Part shown: positions 11,701 to 27,000 of the stretch, piece by piece | Layout: every line of letters begins with the position of its first letter | How positions within the stretch are numbered: position 1 is the stretch's first letter | NCBI GenBank assembly: GCA_964016885.1 | Contig: OZ024741.1 | Span: 374,418,001 to 374,482,000 of the forward strand | Direction: 5' to 3' | Origin: Eledone cirrhosa | Taxonomy: Eukaryota | DNA length: 64,000 bases | Made by a program: the position numbers and the translations under genes | The notes under the pieces: model-generated | Told to the model about the DNA's origin: nothing | The model's input: only the letters and a program-made list of their open reading frames with translations | The model's database searches: none

Positions 11701-12966
11701 CTGATGACCTCGCACTCATAGCTGAATCTATGGTAGAACTAGAGAATAAATTCCAAACCTGGAAGCAGGGACTAGAGAGAAAGGGCCTCAAAGTCAACAT
11801 GACAAAGACTAAGGTCCTTATAAGTAGACGAGAAAACAGAACCCAGATCCCCTCAGGGAAATGGCCTTGCTCAGTATGTAGGAAAGGTGTAGGTAGGAAC
11901 TCCATTCTCTGCCCCAAATGCAAACAATGGGTACACAAGAGATGTAGCGGGATCTCAGGAAGCTTAATTAAGAATGTAGGATTCACATGCAGCAGCTGTG
12001 CTGAAACAGCAAGCAAACAGCCACAGGAAACAAGTACCACTAATCTCTGGGAGGGCCCTGTAGAAACAGTAGACAGCTTCTGCTACCTAGGTGACCGAAT
12101 TAGCAACGGAGGTGGGTGCTCAGAAAGTACAATAACTAGGGTAAGAACGGGATGGAAGAAGTTTAGGGAACTACTACCACTGCTAGCTGCAAAAGGCTTC
12201 TCCCTCAGAATGAAAGGCAGACTGTATGATGCGTGTATCCGAACAGCGATGTTGCATGGTAGTGAGACCTGGGCGCTGAAGGTGGAAGACTTACGTAGAT
12301 TAGAGAGAAACGAAGCCTGCATGCTCCGATGGATGTGTAACAGTAATATACGTGAACGACAAAGCATAAAGGAATTGAGAGAGAGACTGAGCATAAGAGG
12401 AATCAAATGCTGCGTGCAGGAGAGGCGGTTACGCTGGTATGGACATGTGATGCGTATGAAGGATGACAGCTGCATAAAAAGGTGCAGAGCACTAGAAGTT
12501 GATGGAAACCGCGGAGTGGGGAGACCCAAGATGACTTGGGATGAGGTGATAAAAGCCGACCTTACCCAACTACACCTCTCAAAGTCAATGACACACGACC
12601 GTGACTTCTGGCGTCACGCAGTAATACAGGGTACCCGACCTCCCATGGGTACATGCTGAAGCATATAAACAATACCCCCCCACCCCCACCCCCCCGCAAG
12701 GTGGTCGTGGAGGTGCCACGGCAAAAAAGCACCCAGCCCACACTGTAAAGTGGACGTGTAGGCGCCACGAAAAAGCACCCAGCACTCACTGTAAATGAGG
12801 TTGGTGTTAGGAAGGGCATCCAGCTGTAGAAATCAAGCCAAATCAGTTCCTGTATGAGCAAGGCATGGTCAGCCGACCAGACACTGCCCACAACAGGACA
12901 ACCCGTCTAACCCATGCTAGCGTGGAAGAACGGGCGTAAAACGGTGATGATGATGATGATGATGAT
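8741..12966 (+). mobile_element. Full-length RTE-clade LINE, family A copy 1
   Basis: 5' UTR, APE-RT coding region, 3' UTR and (TGA)n tail; short (TA)n on both sides. Confidence 0.92.
9542..12659 (+). pseudogene. APE endonuclease-RT ORF of RTE family A, frameshifted
   Basis: TINVG, QETRW, YAPQ, DLEKAFD, QGSVLSP, YADD motifs; 2-bp deletion near 10487 relative to the copy at 37957. Confidence 0.9.
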
Positions 12967-13062
12967 ATATATATATATATATACTTTTATAATGATAGAC
13001 ACACACACATTTATATTTACATGTGTATGTAAACCCTTCCAAATTGACAAGTAAATGTTTAA

Positions 13063-13252
13063 CCCTTTAGCTATTATACTATATTTACTACTGTATTTTC
13101 GTGGTAAAGGCTTTATCTATATAATTATCTCACATAATATCGAATCTATGAGATTTTGAGAATAATATCTTAACATCAGTATGAATGGTCAGTTACGGCC
13201 AGTTTGAACAGAAAGAGATGAGAGAAATTTGGCAGGATACGGCTGAGTTAAA
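13063..13252 (-). mobile_element. TTAA MITE, reverse copy of the 17343-17555 family
   Basis: TTAA|CCCTTTAGC start; body is the reverse complement of 17343-17555. Confidence 0.65.
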
Positions 13253-13575
13253 ATCTATACATGTTATTAAATTTTTTACATTTGAAGAAAAGCAAAAATA
13301 TTCTGAGTAGCTACACAATATTAGTAGTCACACAATGTAAAGCAAAATATTCTAATATGGGAATATTTTTGCTAATGTGGTTTCATGAGATACAAGACAT
13401 CGTCACTATAACGTAAATCTTTACTCTAATACTACATATTTTCACAATGATCTGTTCACTATTAAGGATGCTATAAACATTTGAATTAACAAACCCATTA
13501 TTACAAATGTTCTGCTAACTCATTACAAGATGTTAAGAGTTCAGTTTCTTTTTATCTGTAAATAAAAAAATGTTA

Positions 13576-13765
13576 ACTATATACTTGAATATAAGCCACC
13601 CTCCCCTTTTTATGTCTAAGAAATGGAAAAAATCCAATCCCCATTTACAAGTCAAGGCAGCTAATCAACATATTATTTAGATGGAGTATATAAGCTGATC
13701 ATCTCCAATTTACCATCGATTCTTTTTGGCCACATATTCCTCGGATTATATTCGAGTATATACGG
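13576..13765. mobile_element. Tc1/mariner (Tc2/pogo-like) MITE
   Basis: TATATACTTGAATATAAGCC ... GGATTATATTCGAGTATATACGG|TA inverted ends. Confidence 0.5.
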
Positions 13766-13833
13766 TAATTAAAAATATAATTCAATGAATAAAGAACCAA
13801 TATTTAACCACTCCTTAAATTTCTGTTTTTCAG

Positions 13834-13981
13834 GGTTATCAAATTCCTGATGATAAATTAAATATAACCATTCCATTTGACTTTAATAATAAACAAGAAA
13901 CTTTAAGTCATGGTTCTGTTGTGATGGCAGCCATAACTAGCTGTACTAATACTAGCAACCCATCTGTTATGCTAGGAGCAG
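13834..13981 (+). CDS. ACO1: ACO1 exon (GYQIP...[24 protein letters not shown])
   Basis: tttcag acceptor, gttag donor, 148 bp; contains the first Fe-S ligand Cys (SCTN). Confidence 0.96.
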
Positions 13982-14816
13982 GTTAGTTTTAAGTTTTCGT
14001 TATTTGTGTTTTAAGATTAATAGTTACTTTACAATTCAGCAAAGTTTTCTAAGATAATTTTATATTTTTAGTTATTTTTGATGATTTTTTTTGTATAATG
14101 AACTTGATATTACTTTGATATTTAGTATTATTATGGTCGAGTGGTCAGCGATCAAACCAGCTCCCCCACCAGACCCTGATGTGGTGAGGAGGGTAAGTAG
14201 AATCCCAGCAGCACAAAAAACAAGAGCTGTTAAATGGTGGATGAACACATCATAATCAACAGCCATCCACCCTAACTACGAGTTAAATAGCCACCACACC
14301 AACCTTCAATTGGCCATGCATGGTGAGTAAGGTTACACCCTTGAAGGCATGACCAAAGCCAAAAGTGCTGGAAGTCAACCAGGGAGGTGTTCCTCTAACA
14401 GGAGTCAGAAGGCCCTGGATTGGATTGGATTATTATGGTTAGAGTCAAGGATTGGCAGAATCATTACAGCATTGGACAAGTTACTTTGCAGTATTTAGCC
14501 TGGCGCTTTACATTCCTAGTTAAAATCCTTCCGCAGTCAGCTCATCTTTCATCCTTTTGGGGTTGATAAAATAAAACACGCTTGTCTAATATTGATGTCA
14601 ATTTAATCAATTAATCCCTTGCCTCTAAATTTATGTCCTAGTGCCTATGTTAGAAACTGCTGAGATTAACTTTACTTTTCATCTTACCAGCATCAATTTA
14701 AATAAATAGACCTACCCGTCAGATATTTGGTCTTGTATCTATGTTAGAATCAATTATGATATTAAATTTATTGAATGAAAATTTAAGTTTTTTTTTTTAT
14801 CTGTTATTTTTTAAAG

Positions 14817-14952
14817 GTTTATTGGCTCAGAAGGCAGTGAAAGCTGGCTTAAGTGTACCTCCCTACATCAAAACTAGTTTATCTCCTGGAAGTGGTGTTG
14901 TTACCTATTACCTCAAAGAAAGTGGTGTTATACCTTATTTAGAAGAATTAGG
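14817..14952 (+). CDS. ACO1: ACO1 exon ([11 protein letters not shown]...[15 protein letters not shown]...LEELG)
   Basis: ttaaag acceptor, gtaag donor, 136 bp. Confidence 0.96.
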
Positions 14953-15064
14953 GTAAGTTTTATTCATATAAAGACAATATTTCTTTTAACAGGTTGTTTC
15001 CCTCTACATTCACTTTTCTTGGGCAAGTGTTTTCTAGTCTTCTACAAATATTTTGTGTGTGAAT

Positions 15065-15553
15065 ATGTTGATCTGGAGAAAGCTTTTGACAGTCCCCTGT
15101 GCCATAATCTGGTGGACTCTTAGAAAACTAGGAATAGATGAGTGGTTTGTGAAGGCTGTACATCTCATGTATAGGGGAGCAGTCAGGAAAGTTAGGATTA
15201 ACTATAGCAAGGAATTTAGCGTACAGGTTGGTGTCCACCAAGGTTCTGTTCCTAGCCCTCTCCTGTTTATTATCATACTGCAGGCTATAACAGAGGAGTT
15301 TAAGACCGGCTGCTCCTGTACACATGATCATACACTCACAGCTGAGTATGGCGGAACTAGAGAAGTAATTCCAAACCTGGAAGCATGGCCTATTAACAAA
15401 AGGCTTTAAAGTCAACCTGACAAAAACTAAAGTTCTAGTAAGTAGAAGGCAAGGCAAAGCCCTGATCTCCTTGGAGAAATGGCCTTACTCAGTGTTTAGG
15501 TAGAAATTCCATCTTCTGTCCCAAATGCAAACTATGGGTACACAAGAGATGTG
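15065..15553 (+). mobile_element. Older internal RT fragment related to RTE families A/B
   Basis: KLGIDEW...[17 protein letters not shown]...EFKTGC with frameshifts and deletions. Confidence 0.85.
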
Positions 15554-15991
15554 TAATTTTTTATCCATGAAAAAGATTTTCGCATTTTTCTAAGTCTTTC
15601 AACTCTGACCTGGAAATTTGGAACTCATCAAATTCGACTGTTAGAAAAAAAGACTATATGTGCTTATATCACTATTTATTATTGAATGGAAAATGAACAT
15701 TTACATTTGAAGGTTCTACATAAAACAACCTGGTGAATTAGTTATTTTAACTTTCCCAGAGGAAGGGGGATAATTTAAGGTGGAATAACATCGTGAAATT
15801 ATTCATTATGTAAAAAAAAAAAATAATGCAATAATGATTAACTGTCAGTTTCATCATCAGATACTTCACTGTATATGAAATAAATAGCACAATTTTCTTA
15901 TGAAAAATTGGTTATTATGAAGTTATTTAAAAATTTGTATATTCATCCATTTTAATTTAATAAGTAACAAACTAACATAGACCTTTTCTTT

Positions 15992-16760
15992 TGGTGTACC
16001 ACGGGGATCTATTCTTGGTCCCCTTTTGTTTGTTGCATATATTAATGACATAGGTGCCAACTTAAACAATGCCATAGTGCTGAAATATGCAGATGATATC
16101 AAGCTGTACCTTGAGAGAAAAAGGACAGATCCTGTATGCTATAGATCTTTCCTGCAATCAGACCTGGACACAATGCAGCAATGGATTACAGACTGGCAAC
16201 TCAAGCTGGCTGTGGACAAGTGTACCACCATGCATTTTGGGAGGAAAAACCTAGCGTTCACGTACTCCCTCCACAACACTAATGTCAAAAAGTCTTCTTG
16301 TGAACGTGGCCTGGGCATTATTGTCAACAGCAATTTGCATTGGACAAAGCACATCTCTAACATTGTCAAGAAAGCTGAGGGTGTCTTAGCCTCACTCAGT
16401 ATTGTCAGTATTGTCAGCCGCTCTCCAGCTATCTATTTAAAATTGTATATAGCTATGGTGCGTCTACACTTAGAATTTACATCACCCTTGCAAGCAGGGA
16501 AAAGCGGACATAAAATGATGATGATGTCTGGAACCCCTATCTTGCTCAGGATATTGATCTCCTAGAAACTGTTCAAAGATGTGCAATCAAATGAATACTC
16601 TCCATCAGACATCTACCATACTCTGAACGCCTTGCTTCCCTGGGCATGTATACATTAAAGCTCCGATGTCTGGCAACTGACTTGGAAAGATGGTTAATAA
16701 TCTTGTGGGTATCTACCAACAACAACCCTGAGCACCTTTTAGAATTCCATATGTCTAACA
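15992..16760 (+). mobile_element. Decayed CR1/L2-group RT fragment
   Basis: GVP.GSILGP.LF..YIND, YADDIKL, LGIIV, HLEF.SP-VWNP motifs. Confidence 0.85.
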
Positions 16761-17057
16761 TGTATGTATATATAAGGGTCAGAGTATACCAGTTGCAGCA
16801 AATGCTACATCGACACCCTTTATAAAAAAACTGGTGGGGATATTGTTTATGTCCTCCATAAACAACACCCTACGCAGTGTAGTGGTTTAACAAACATCAG
16901 CAGCATATGCCATGTTTAGAATAAAATATGGGTTAGCATCTGGAAGAATATCCAGCCATGAAAGATCTTGTCCTACACATGCAAGCATGAAAAAAAAGCA
17001 AATATAAAATCAGTGATGCTGATGCATTAAGATAATGTCTATATGTTTAATTTTCAG

Positions 17058-17142
17058 ATTTAATATTGTCGGCTATGGATGTATGACTTGTATTGGAAAT
17101 AGTGGACCATTGTCTGATGAAGTATCTGCAGCAATTGAAAAG
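17058..17142 (+). CDS. ACO1: ACO1 exon ([18 protein letters not shown]...IEK)
   Basis: tttcag acceptor, gtttg donor, 85 bp; contains the second and third Fe-S Cys ligands. Last exon found in the window. Confidence 0.96.
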
Positions 17143-17342
17143 GTTTGTTCTTTTTTTCCACTTCCAAATGATTGTTTCTTACCAATCTTTTACAAAGTGT
17201 TTACCTTTCTCCTATCAAGGTAAATTAACAAATTAGTCTAATGCCAGTTATAGACGTTAAAAAAATAAATTTATAACTGACACCTATGCTGGTTTAGCAG
17301 GGCCCTTACAAAGTTGTCACTTAGGTTTCTTGGATGCTTTAA

Positions 17343-17555
17343 CTCTTTAGCATTTAAACCGGCCATATTCGGCCAAAATTCTCTCACCTCTTTCTGTTCA
17401 AACCAGCTGTAACCAGCCACTCATACTTATATTAAGGTATTTTTCTCAAAATAAATAATATCAAAATCTCATAGATTTGATATTATGTGAGATATTATGT
17501 AAGCTTTACTGCAAAAATACAATAGTTTATATAGAGTAATGTGAGTGCTAAAGGG
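17343..17555 (+). mobile_element. 213-bp TTAA MITE with piggyBac-like ends
   Basis: TTAA|CTCTTTAGCATT ... AGTGCTAAAGGG|TTAA; ends resemble the TIRs of 1134-2587. Confidence 0.8.
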
Positions 17556-17860
17556 TTAATGATAGGGTGCCCCGAACCTATCATGAGAAACAGCACAAAA
17601 TAAAGTGTATTACTCAAGAGCACAATGCACTGCCTAGTCAAGAAATCAAACCCACAATATTATGATTGTGAGTCCTACACCCTAACCATTAAGCCACCAC
17701 ACCTTCAGTCATTAAGCAGTTATTGTTTTATTTTTAAATATATATATAAATGTAAATTATTTTCAATATTCAAATTATAATCTTGTCATTACCATATATA
17801 CATGTATAAGCTGAGAAATATGTGATAAAAAAATTAATTGTAAAAAGGTGACCCAGCTTA

Positions 17861-18056
17861 CAAGAGTTGGTTGAAAAGTTCATAGGCTGACCAAGTTATT
17901 CTCATGGAATGAACAAATGAGGTTTATTTTTCAACATAGTCCCTGTAAAGAAACAATGCAATTATTGAAAAGAAGAGTTGAAATTAATGCATGCAAGATT
18001 TCACAGCTCTAGCATCACCTCCATATTCAGCCTATGAACTTTTCCGCCAACTTTTA
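17861..18056. mobile_element. Mariner-like MITE
   Basis: About 30-bp TIRs CAAGAGTTGGTTGAAAAGTTCATAGGCTGA / TCAGCCTATGAACTTTTCCGCCAACTTTTA; TA on the left. Confidence 0.7.
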
Positions 18057-18061
18057 CATGT

Positions 18062-18300
18062 GGAAGCACATGGTCTACTCGTAAGGGTGTTGGAATTACG
18101 ATAAAAATGTTGTGGGTTTGATTCCTGAACTGGGTTGTGTTCTTGAGCAAAACACTTCATTTCACGTTGCTCCAGTATACTCAGCTGAAAATGAGTACCA
18201 GCAATAGCTGGGGGTTTAACCCTGCGACAGACTCTGTCGCTTAACACCACAGAAACCAGGATAAGCACTGGCCTGATGAGCCTCCGGGCTCAAGACTTTT
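18062..18300 (+). mobile_element. tRNA-derived SINE, second family
   Basis: Degenerate A box, B box GGTTTGATTCC, TTGAGCAAAACACTTCATTTCAC core; related pieces near 4290, 5700 and 17570 (-). Confidence 0.65.
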
Positions 18301-18510
18301 CAACATTTACTTAATAAAAGACATCAAAATATCTGGAATGATATAATAGTATCCCTCCAGTAATTTTCATGAATTAAAATGACAATATTTTAAAAACTTT
18401 TCTCATACACATAATGCACATATTCAAAAAAATATATCTGCAAGATATGCAATTTTACAGAAGTTACAAGGGAACAAATTGAGGTGGGAACAGTATACTA
18501 TAGTTATGTT

Positions 18511-18546
<36 letters not shown>

Positions 18547-19019
18547 TTAAATTGAGGTAGTACACTGTAGTTATGATAAATAAAGAAACTTACAAATATA
18601 CTGAAACATTGACACACACAAATTTATAATCATGAATAGACAGTGACATAGAAACACACATTTACAACCTCATCAATGGAAACAGACTTTAGATAGATAT
18701 ATAGATATATATGTAAATATAATAGTAATAATAATAAATTTGAAGACTAAAATCCAAAGAGGGCTCGATAAGGATAAATATATATCAAATATATAAGAAC
18801 CGTAGAGCAAATATTTATTAAAATAACAGATTAAAGTTTAAGCAAAGAATCGCTGCTTTCACCCTTAACGGGATCTTCTGAAAAAAAAAAAAAAGTCTGT
18901 GAACACAGAAATAAATATTTCGAAAAACTTTGCAGCGATTCTTTGATTAAACTTTAATCTGTTATTTTAATAAATATATATATATATATATATACGATAT
19001 ATTAACAAATGGAAACTAT

Positions 19020-19124
19020 ATTTATAAAACCATATTTATTTCATTATACATATTTCAAGGACACCAAGTTAAATTATGGTGTGCTTTCATCAGATAAAAT
19101 ATAATAAAGAGCAGTTTTTTAAAT
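19020..19124 (-). ncRNA. Type I hammerhead ribozyme, family 2 copy 2
   Basis: Minus strand reads TATTTTAT-CTGATGA-AAGcACACCA-10 nt-TGGTGTcCTT-GAAA-TATGTA-TA-ATGAAATA. Confidence 0.85.
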
Positions 19125-19296
19125 AAATATTGACATACCCTTAAAGAATGCGACCATTTCTGTTGGGAGCTCCCGGATAGTGGGGTTATAAATCTGTTTA
19201 TACTATTATGCAAATTTATTATTTTTTTTATTTTTTATTTTATTTTATTTTATTTTATATTGTATATGTACTTCAATTATACTATGTACTGTATTT

Positions 19297-19350
<54 letters not shown>

Positions 19351-19455
19351 GTATGTATGTATGTATGTATGTATGTGTATATGTATGTATGTATGTGTAT
19401 ATATATGTATGTGTATATATATGTATGTATATATATATGTATGTATGTGTATATG

Positions 19456-20664
19456 TTTTCTCTTTCTCTTAATTTCGAGTATATTTTTTTGACCGGCCAC
19501 CTTCCTGGTGGCAAGGTTGTAAAAGAAAAGAAATTGTCATCCCTTGAATCGCAAGAATGTTTTGCATATTTTGAAGGTGCCAGCTATCGCAGCCATTTGT
19601 AGACTATGAATTAGGGAGCTGCGCTTTTTGTCCGCAAATCCAAGTTCGGTCATACTTTGGTCCAAGCGGGTTGGTATATAACCCGTAGCACCAATAATGA
19701 TGGGTATGAAGCTAAAGGTGTATCTTGGATACTGGATTTGTAAGCTCCTCATCAATGGTCCGTAGATGTCCTCCTTCTCCTGTATTTTTCTGACAACGTT
19801 TACATCAAGTGGGCAGCTGATCTCCACAACAGAACACGTTTTCAATGTGTGGTCCCAAACTACAATATCAGGCCAGTTGTGCTTTAATTTGGTGGCAGTT
19901 TTTATTTTCAGGTTCCACCAGTATTCCTTAGTGCCATCTGTCTCAATATATTCTTCCTCGTTTGTTGTTAATTTTGTTTTCCGAAGTGCGTTCCAGATAG
20001 TTCTAGCTATCCCATCGTGTCTCATGGGGAGGTAGTAGCGAGATGACATTCTTTCGCAGCTGGCAACAATGTGGCTTACATCCTCGATCTTTGTTTTACA
20101 TAGCCTACATTTATTGTCAGCTGCTGGCCCTCCTCTTTTGTGCAGCAGATATTTGGTAGGGAGTTCTTGTTCCTGTATTGCATAGAGATATCCCTCAAGG
20201 TGTGATGTCATAAACTTGTTGGAACTCCATGCCAGGCTTTTTGAGTGGTTTATCCCCTCTATGGTCTGTGTTTTACGCCTCAAGTATCCATGCACAACTT
20301 TCTCTGTAAATTGGTCAATTTTTTTTTCTTGTTTGAACATTGAATAGGATCTTCCGATTTCTCTGGGTGAGAGATTTATATCAGGCTTTATTCCATATCT
20401 CTCCTCCAGATCAGTCGCTATTCTAATGATATTTTTTTTTTCATGCTCATAAACCTGAGCAAGATGGTCGCCAACCTTTTTCCTCTGGTGAAGGTGTTGC
20501 TTCAGTGTTACTATCCGGGTCTCATATGTTGTTAATATTGATTTTAGACCCCGGCCACCTTCCTTGCATGAGAAGTATAGCCTATCCACATCACCATTGA
20601 TGTTAAAGTTCCCAGTAACACTGAGAAGTTTTCGAGTTCTAACATCCATCTCACTTAGTTCTTT
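19456..20664 (-). mobile_element. 5'-truncated R4/Dong-like non-LTR element with restriction-like endonuclease
   Basis: Open frame 19537-20664 with GGRGL, CRLC..H...C knuckle, RHD, PDIVV and VVEISCP...K...Y; flanked by (TATG)n. Confidence 0.88.
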
Positions 20665-20699
20665 ATGTATGTATGTATGTATGTATGTATGTATGTATA

Positions 20700-21013
20700 T
20701 CATCATCATCATCAACGTTTAACGTCCGTGTTCCACGCTTGCATGGGTTTGGACGGGGGTTTTCCCACTTGAGGCAAGAGTGATTGTCTTGCTCGCATAG
20801 GACTATCTGGCGGGTTTTCTACAGCTGGATGCCCTTCCTAACACCAACCACATTTACAGTGTGGGGCTGGGAGGTTTTTACCGTGTTGCCTACACGGCCA
20901 CATTACAGCGTGGACTGTGTGTTTTTTGTCGTGACACCTACACGATCTCATTTGTTTCGGCCTGGATGTTGTGGCACCAACATAACTTTACATTGAAAGG
21001 GGCGGTGTGGATG
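20700..21013 (-). mobile_element. RTE family B, 3' UTR-only copy
   Basis: Near-identical to 24037-24355; (TCA)n tail. Confidence 0.9.
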
Positions 21014-24036
<3,023 letters not shown>

Positions 24037-27000
24037 TCATCATCATCATCATCAACGTTTAACGTCCGTGTTCCACGCTTGCATGGGTTTGGACGGGGGT
24101 AGTCCCACTTGAGGCAAGAGTGATTGTCTTGCTCGCATAGGACTGTCTGGCAGGTTTTCTACAGTTGGATGCCCTTCCTAACACCAACCACATTTACAGT
24201 GTGGGTCTGGGAGGTTTTTACCGTGTTGCCTACACGGCCACATTACAGCGTGGACTGTGTGTTTTTTTGTCGTGACACCTACACGATCTCATTTGTTTCG
24301 GCCTGGATGGCGCGGCACCAACATAACTTTACATAGAACGGGGTGGTGTGGATGGGGTGGGGGTGGCGGCGGGAGGGGTGTATTTTGTTAGAGATGCCTA
24401 CTGGCAAGGCGGGTCTTCTCTGTTACTGAGTACCGCCAAAGGTCCCGGTCCAGTGACATTGTCTTGGAAAGGTGTAAGTGTGTGAGGTCGGAGTTTATCA
24501 GCTCATCCCATGTTTTTCTAGGTCTGCCTATTCCGTGGCTACCGTCTATCTTTATTGCCCTGCACTTTGTAATACAGCTATCGACTTTCATGCGCATCAC
24601 GTGTCCATACCAACGCAGCCTTCTCTCGAGTAAACAACATCTGATCCCTCTTATCTCTAATTTTTTCCTTAGTTCGTTTATGCTTTGCCGTTCACGTATA
24701 TTACTGTTACACATCCAGCGGAGCATGCAAGCTTCGTTCCTCTCTAGTCTGCGTATATCCTCTGCACACAATGCCCAGGTCTCACTACCATGCAACATTG
24801 CTGTTCGTATGCAGGCATCGTACAACCTGCCTTTCATTTTTAGGGAGAACCCTTTAGCAGCTAATAGTGGTATAAGCTCTCTGAACTTTTTCCAACCAGT
24901 TCTGACTCTAGCTACAGTACTTTCAGAGCACCCTCCCCCACTGCTGATTTTATCGCCCAGGTAACGGAAGCTGTCCACTATTTCTATAGAACCCTCTGCG
25001 CAATTGAAAGAGCTAGTATTTTGTGGGCACTTGCTGCTACTTATTGCACCAGAACACCGGCCACATGTAAAGTCTATGTTCTTAGTTAGCTTACCTGTGA
25101 TCCCACTACATCTTTTATGCACCCATACTTTGCATTTAGGACATAAGATGGAGTTTCTACCTACGCCTTTCCTACATACCGAGCACGACCATTTCCCAGA
25201 AGGGACCGCCGCCTTGTTTTCTTTCCTACAAACTAGAACTTTGGTCTTAGCCAGGTTAATTTTAAGTCCTTTTGACTCTAGGCCGTGCTTCCATGTTTGG
25301 AATTTCTTCTCTAGCTCGGCCATTGATTCCGCTATGAGTGTCAGGTCGTCTGCGTATAGGAGTTCCCATGGGCAGCCTGTCTTGAACTCCTCTGTTATAG
25401 CCTGAAGGGCAATAATAAATAGTAGGGGGCTGAGAACAGAGCCCTGATGGACGCCAACTTTTACGCTAAACTCTTCACTATATTCGTTGTTAATTCTAAC
25501 CTTGCTGACTGTTTCTTTATACATGGCTTGTATAGCCCTCACAAGCCATTCGTCAACGCCTAGTTTTCTAAGAGCCCACCAGATAATGGAGCGGGGGACT
25601 CTGTCGAAGGCTTTCTCCAGGTCGACAAAAGCTAAGTAGAGGGGTTTACCTTTAGCTAGGTACTTCTCCTGTAGTTGTCGTACTATGAAAAGAGCGTCTG
25701 TGGTGCTTTTGCCTGACACAAACCCGAACTGCATTTCATCTAGATCAATTCTCTCTCTGATTAGTTGCGCTATTACTTTTTCCGTGACCTTCATGACCTG
25801 GTCGATTAATTTAATGCCTCTATAGTTACTCCTATCTAGGGCGTCTCCTTTACCCTTATAACAGTTAACGATGATGCTGCTATGCCAGTCCTTCGGAACA
25901 ACCCCATTCTGTACGACTTGGTTAACTATGCGGGTGACCATGGTGTGTCCCACCGTGCCAGATGCCTTCAGCATCTCAGCAACTATTTCCGAAGGCCCAG
26001 CCGCCTTACCAGTCTTCATATCCTTGATTGCCTTACTTATTATACTCCCCTCGACTAACACTGCTGGTCCCTCTATCGGGTCGATAAGGGGGAGACTGTC
26101 TTTCTCCCATTTATTCTCCTCATTTAGTAGCCTTTCATAGTGACACTTCCAAGCTACCTTCTTATCAGTGTCGGTGATGGCAAGTATGCCATCATCGTTA
26201 AGTACACACTTCTCCCCGACAATATCACGGTTTTCCTTGACGCATTGCCTGGCAATCCTGAACACCTCACGTTTTTGGTCATCGCGTTGTAGAACATGCT
26301 TGAACTTTCTTTCCTCAGCTTCCCTTCTTGCTAAGTACACTTCTCTCCTAGCTTCCCTCCTGGCCACTTGATAGTCTACTCTACTTCCCCCATCCCGCCA
26401 TACTTTCCAAGCCTGCTTTTTGGCCTTAATTGACCCCTCCACCCTATTGTTCCACCACCATGTTACTCTCCTCCTGCCTACAGGCCTGCTCCAGCCACAG
26501 ACTTCGTCTGTCGCCAACAGCAGGTTTGCTTTCAGAAATTTCCACTGTCCCTCTATATTGTCCGATTCTAGATGCTCTTCCTTACTGTCGAAAGCATCAA
26601 GTAATATGCTTTGAAATTTATTTCTGGCTGTGGGGTCCTTTAGTTTCCATATTTTCCTCCTGAGGATAGTCCTCTTCTGCTGTCGGGTGCGTCTCGTCCT
26701 GACTATGAGGTCGCTAATTATCAGTCTATGTTGGGAGGTGCATTCTTCATGGGGGAGGGATTTAGTGTTTACAACAGACACTCTGTCACGTCTTCTGGTA
26801 AGGATATAATCTACCTGGCTTGTGTGTTCCCCGGATCTATAGGTAATCAGGTGATTGTCACGTTTTTTGAAGTTAGTGTTACAGATAGTTAGGTTATTTG
26901 CATCACAGTATTCCAGAATTCTGGAGCCTTCCTCATTTCTAGTACCAAACCCATAGCCTCCATGGATTTCGTCATAGCCGTCACAATGTTGTCCAACGTG

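Noticed and set aside
11414-12529. Recurrent antisense ORFs over the RT genes, here and in other LINE copies
   Set aside because: Shadow frames of the coding strand; they recur because the copies are near-identical.
15838-15870. Minus-strand CTGATGA-T-GAAAC
   Set aside because: No stem II and no stem I pairing.
18250-18298. GAAAC...CTGATGAGCC-TCCG-GGCTC hammerhead-like words
   Set aside because: No GAAA after the hairpin and no consistent stems I/III; this is the 3' end of a SINE.
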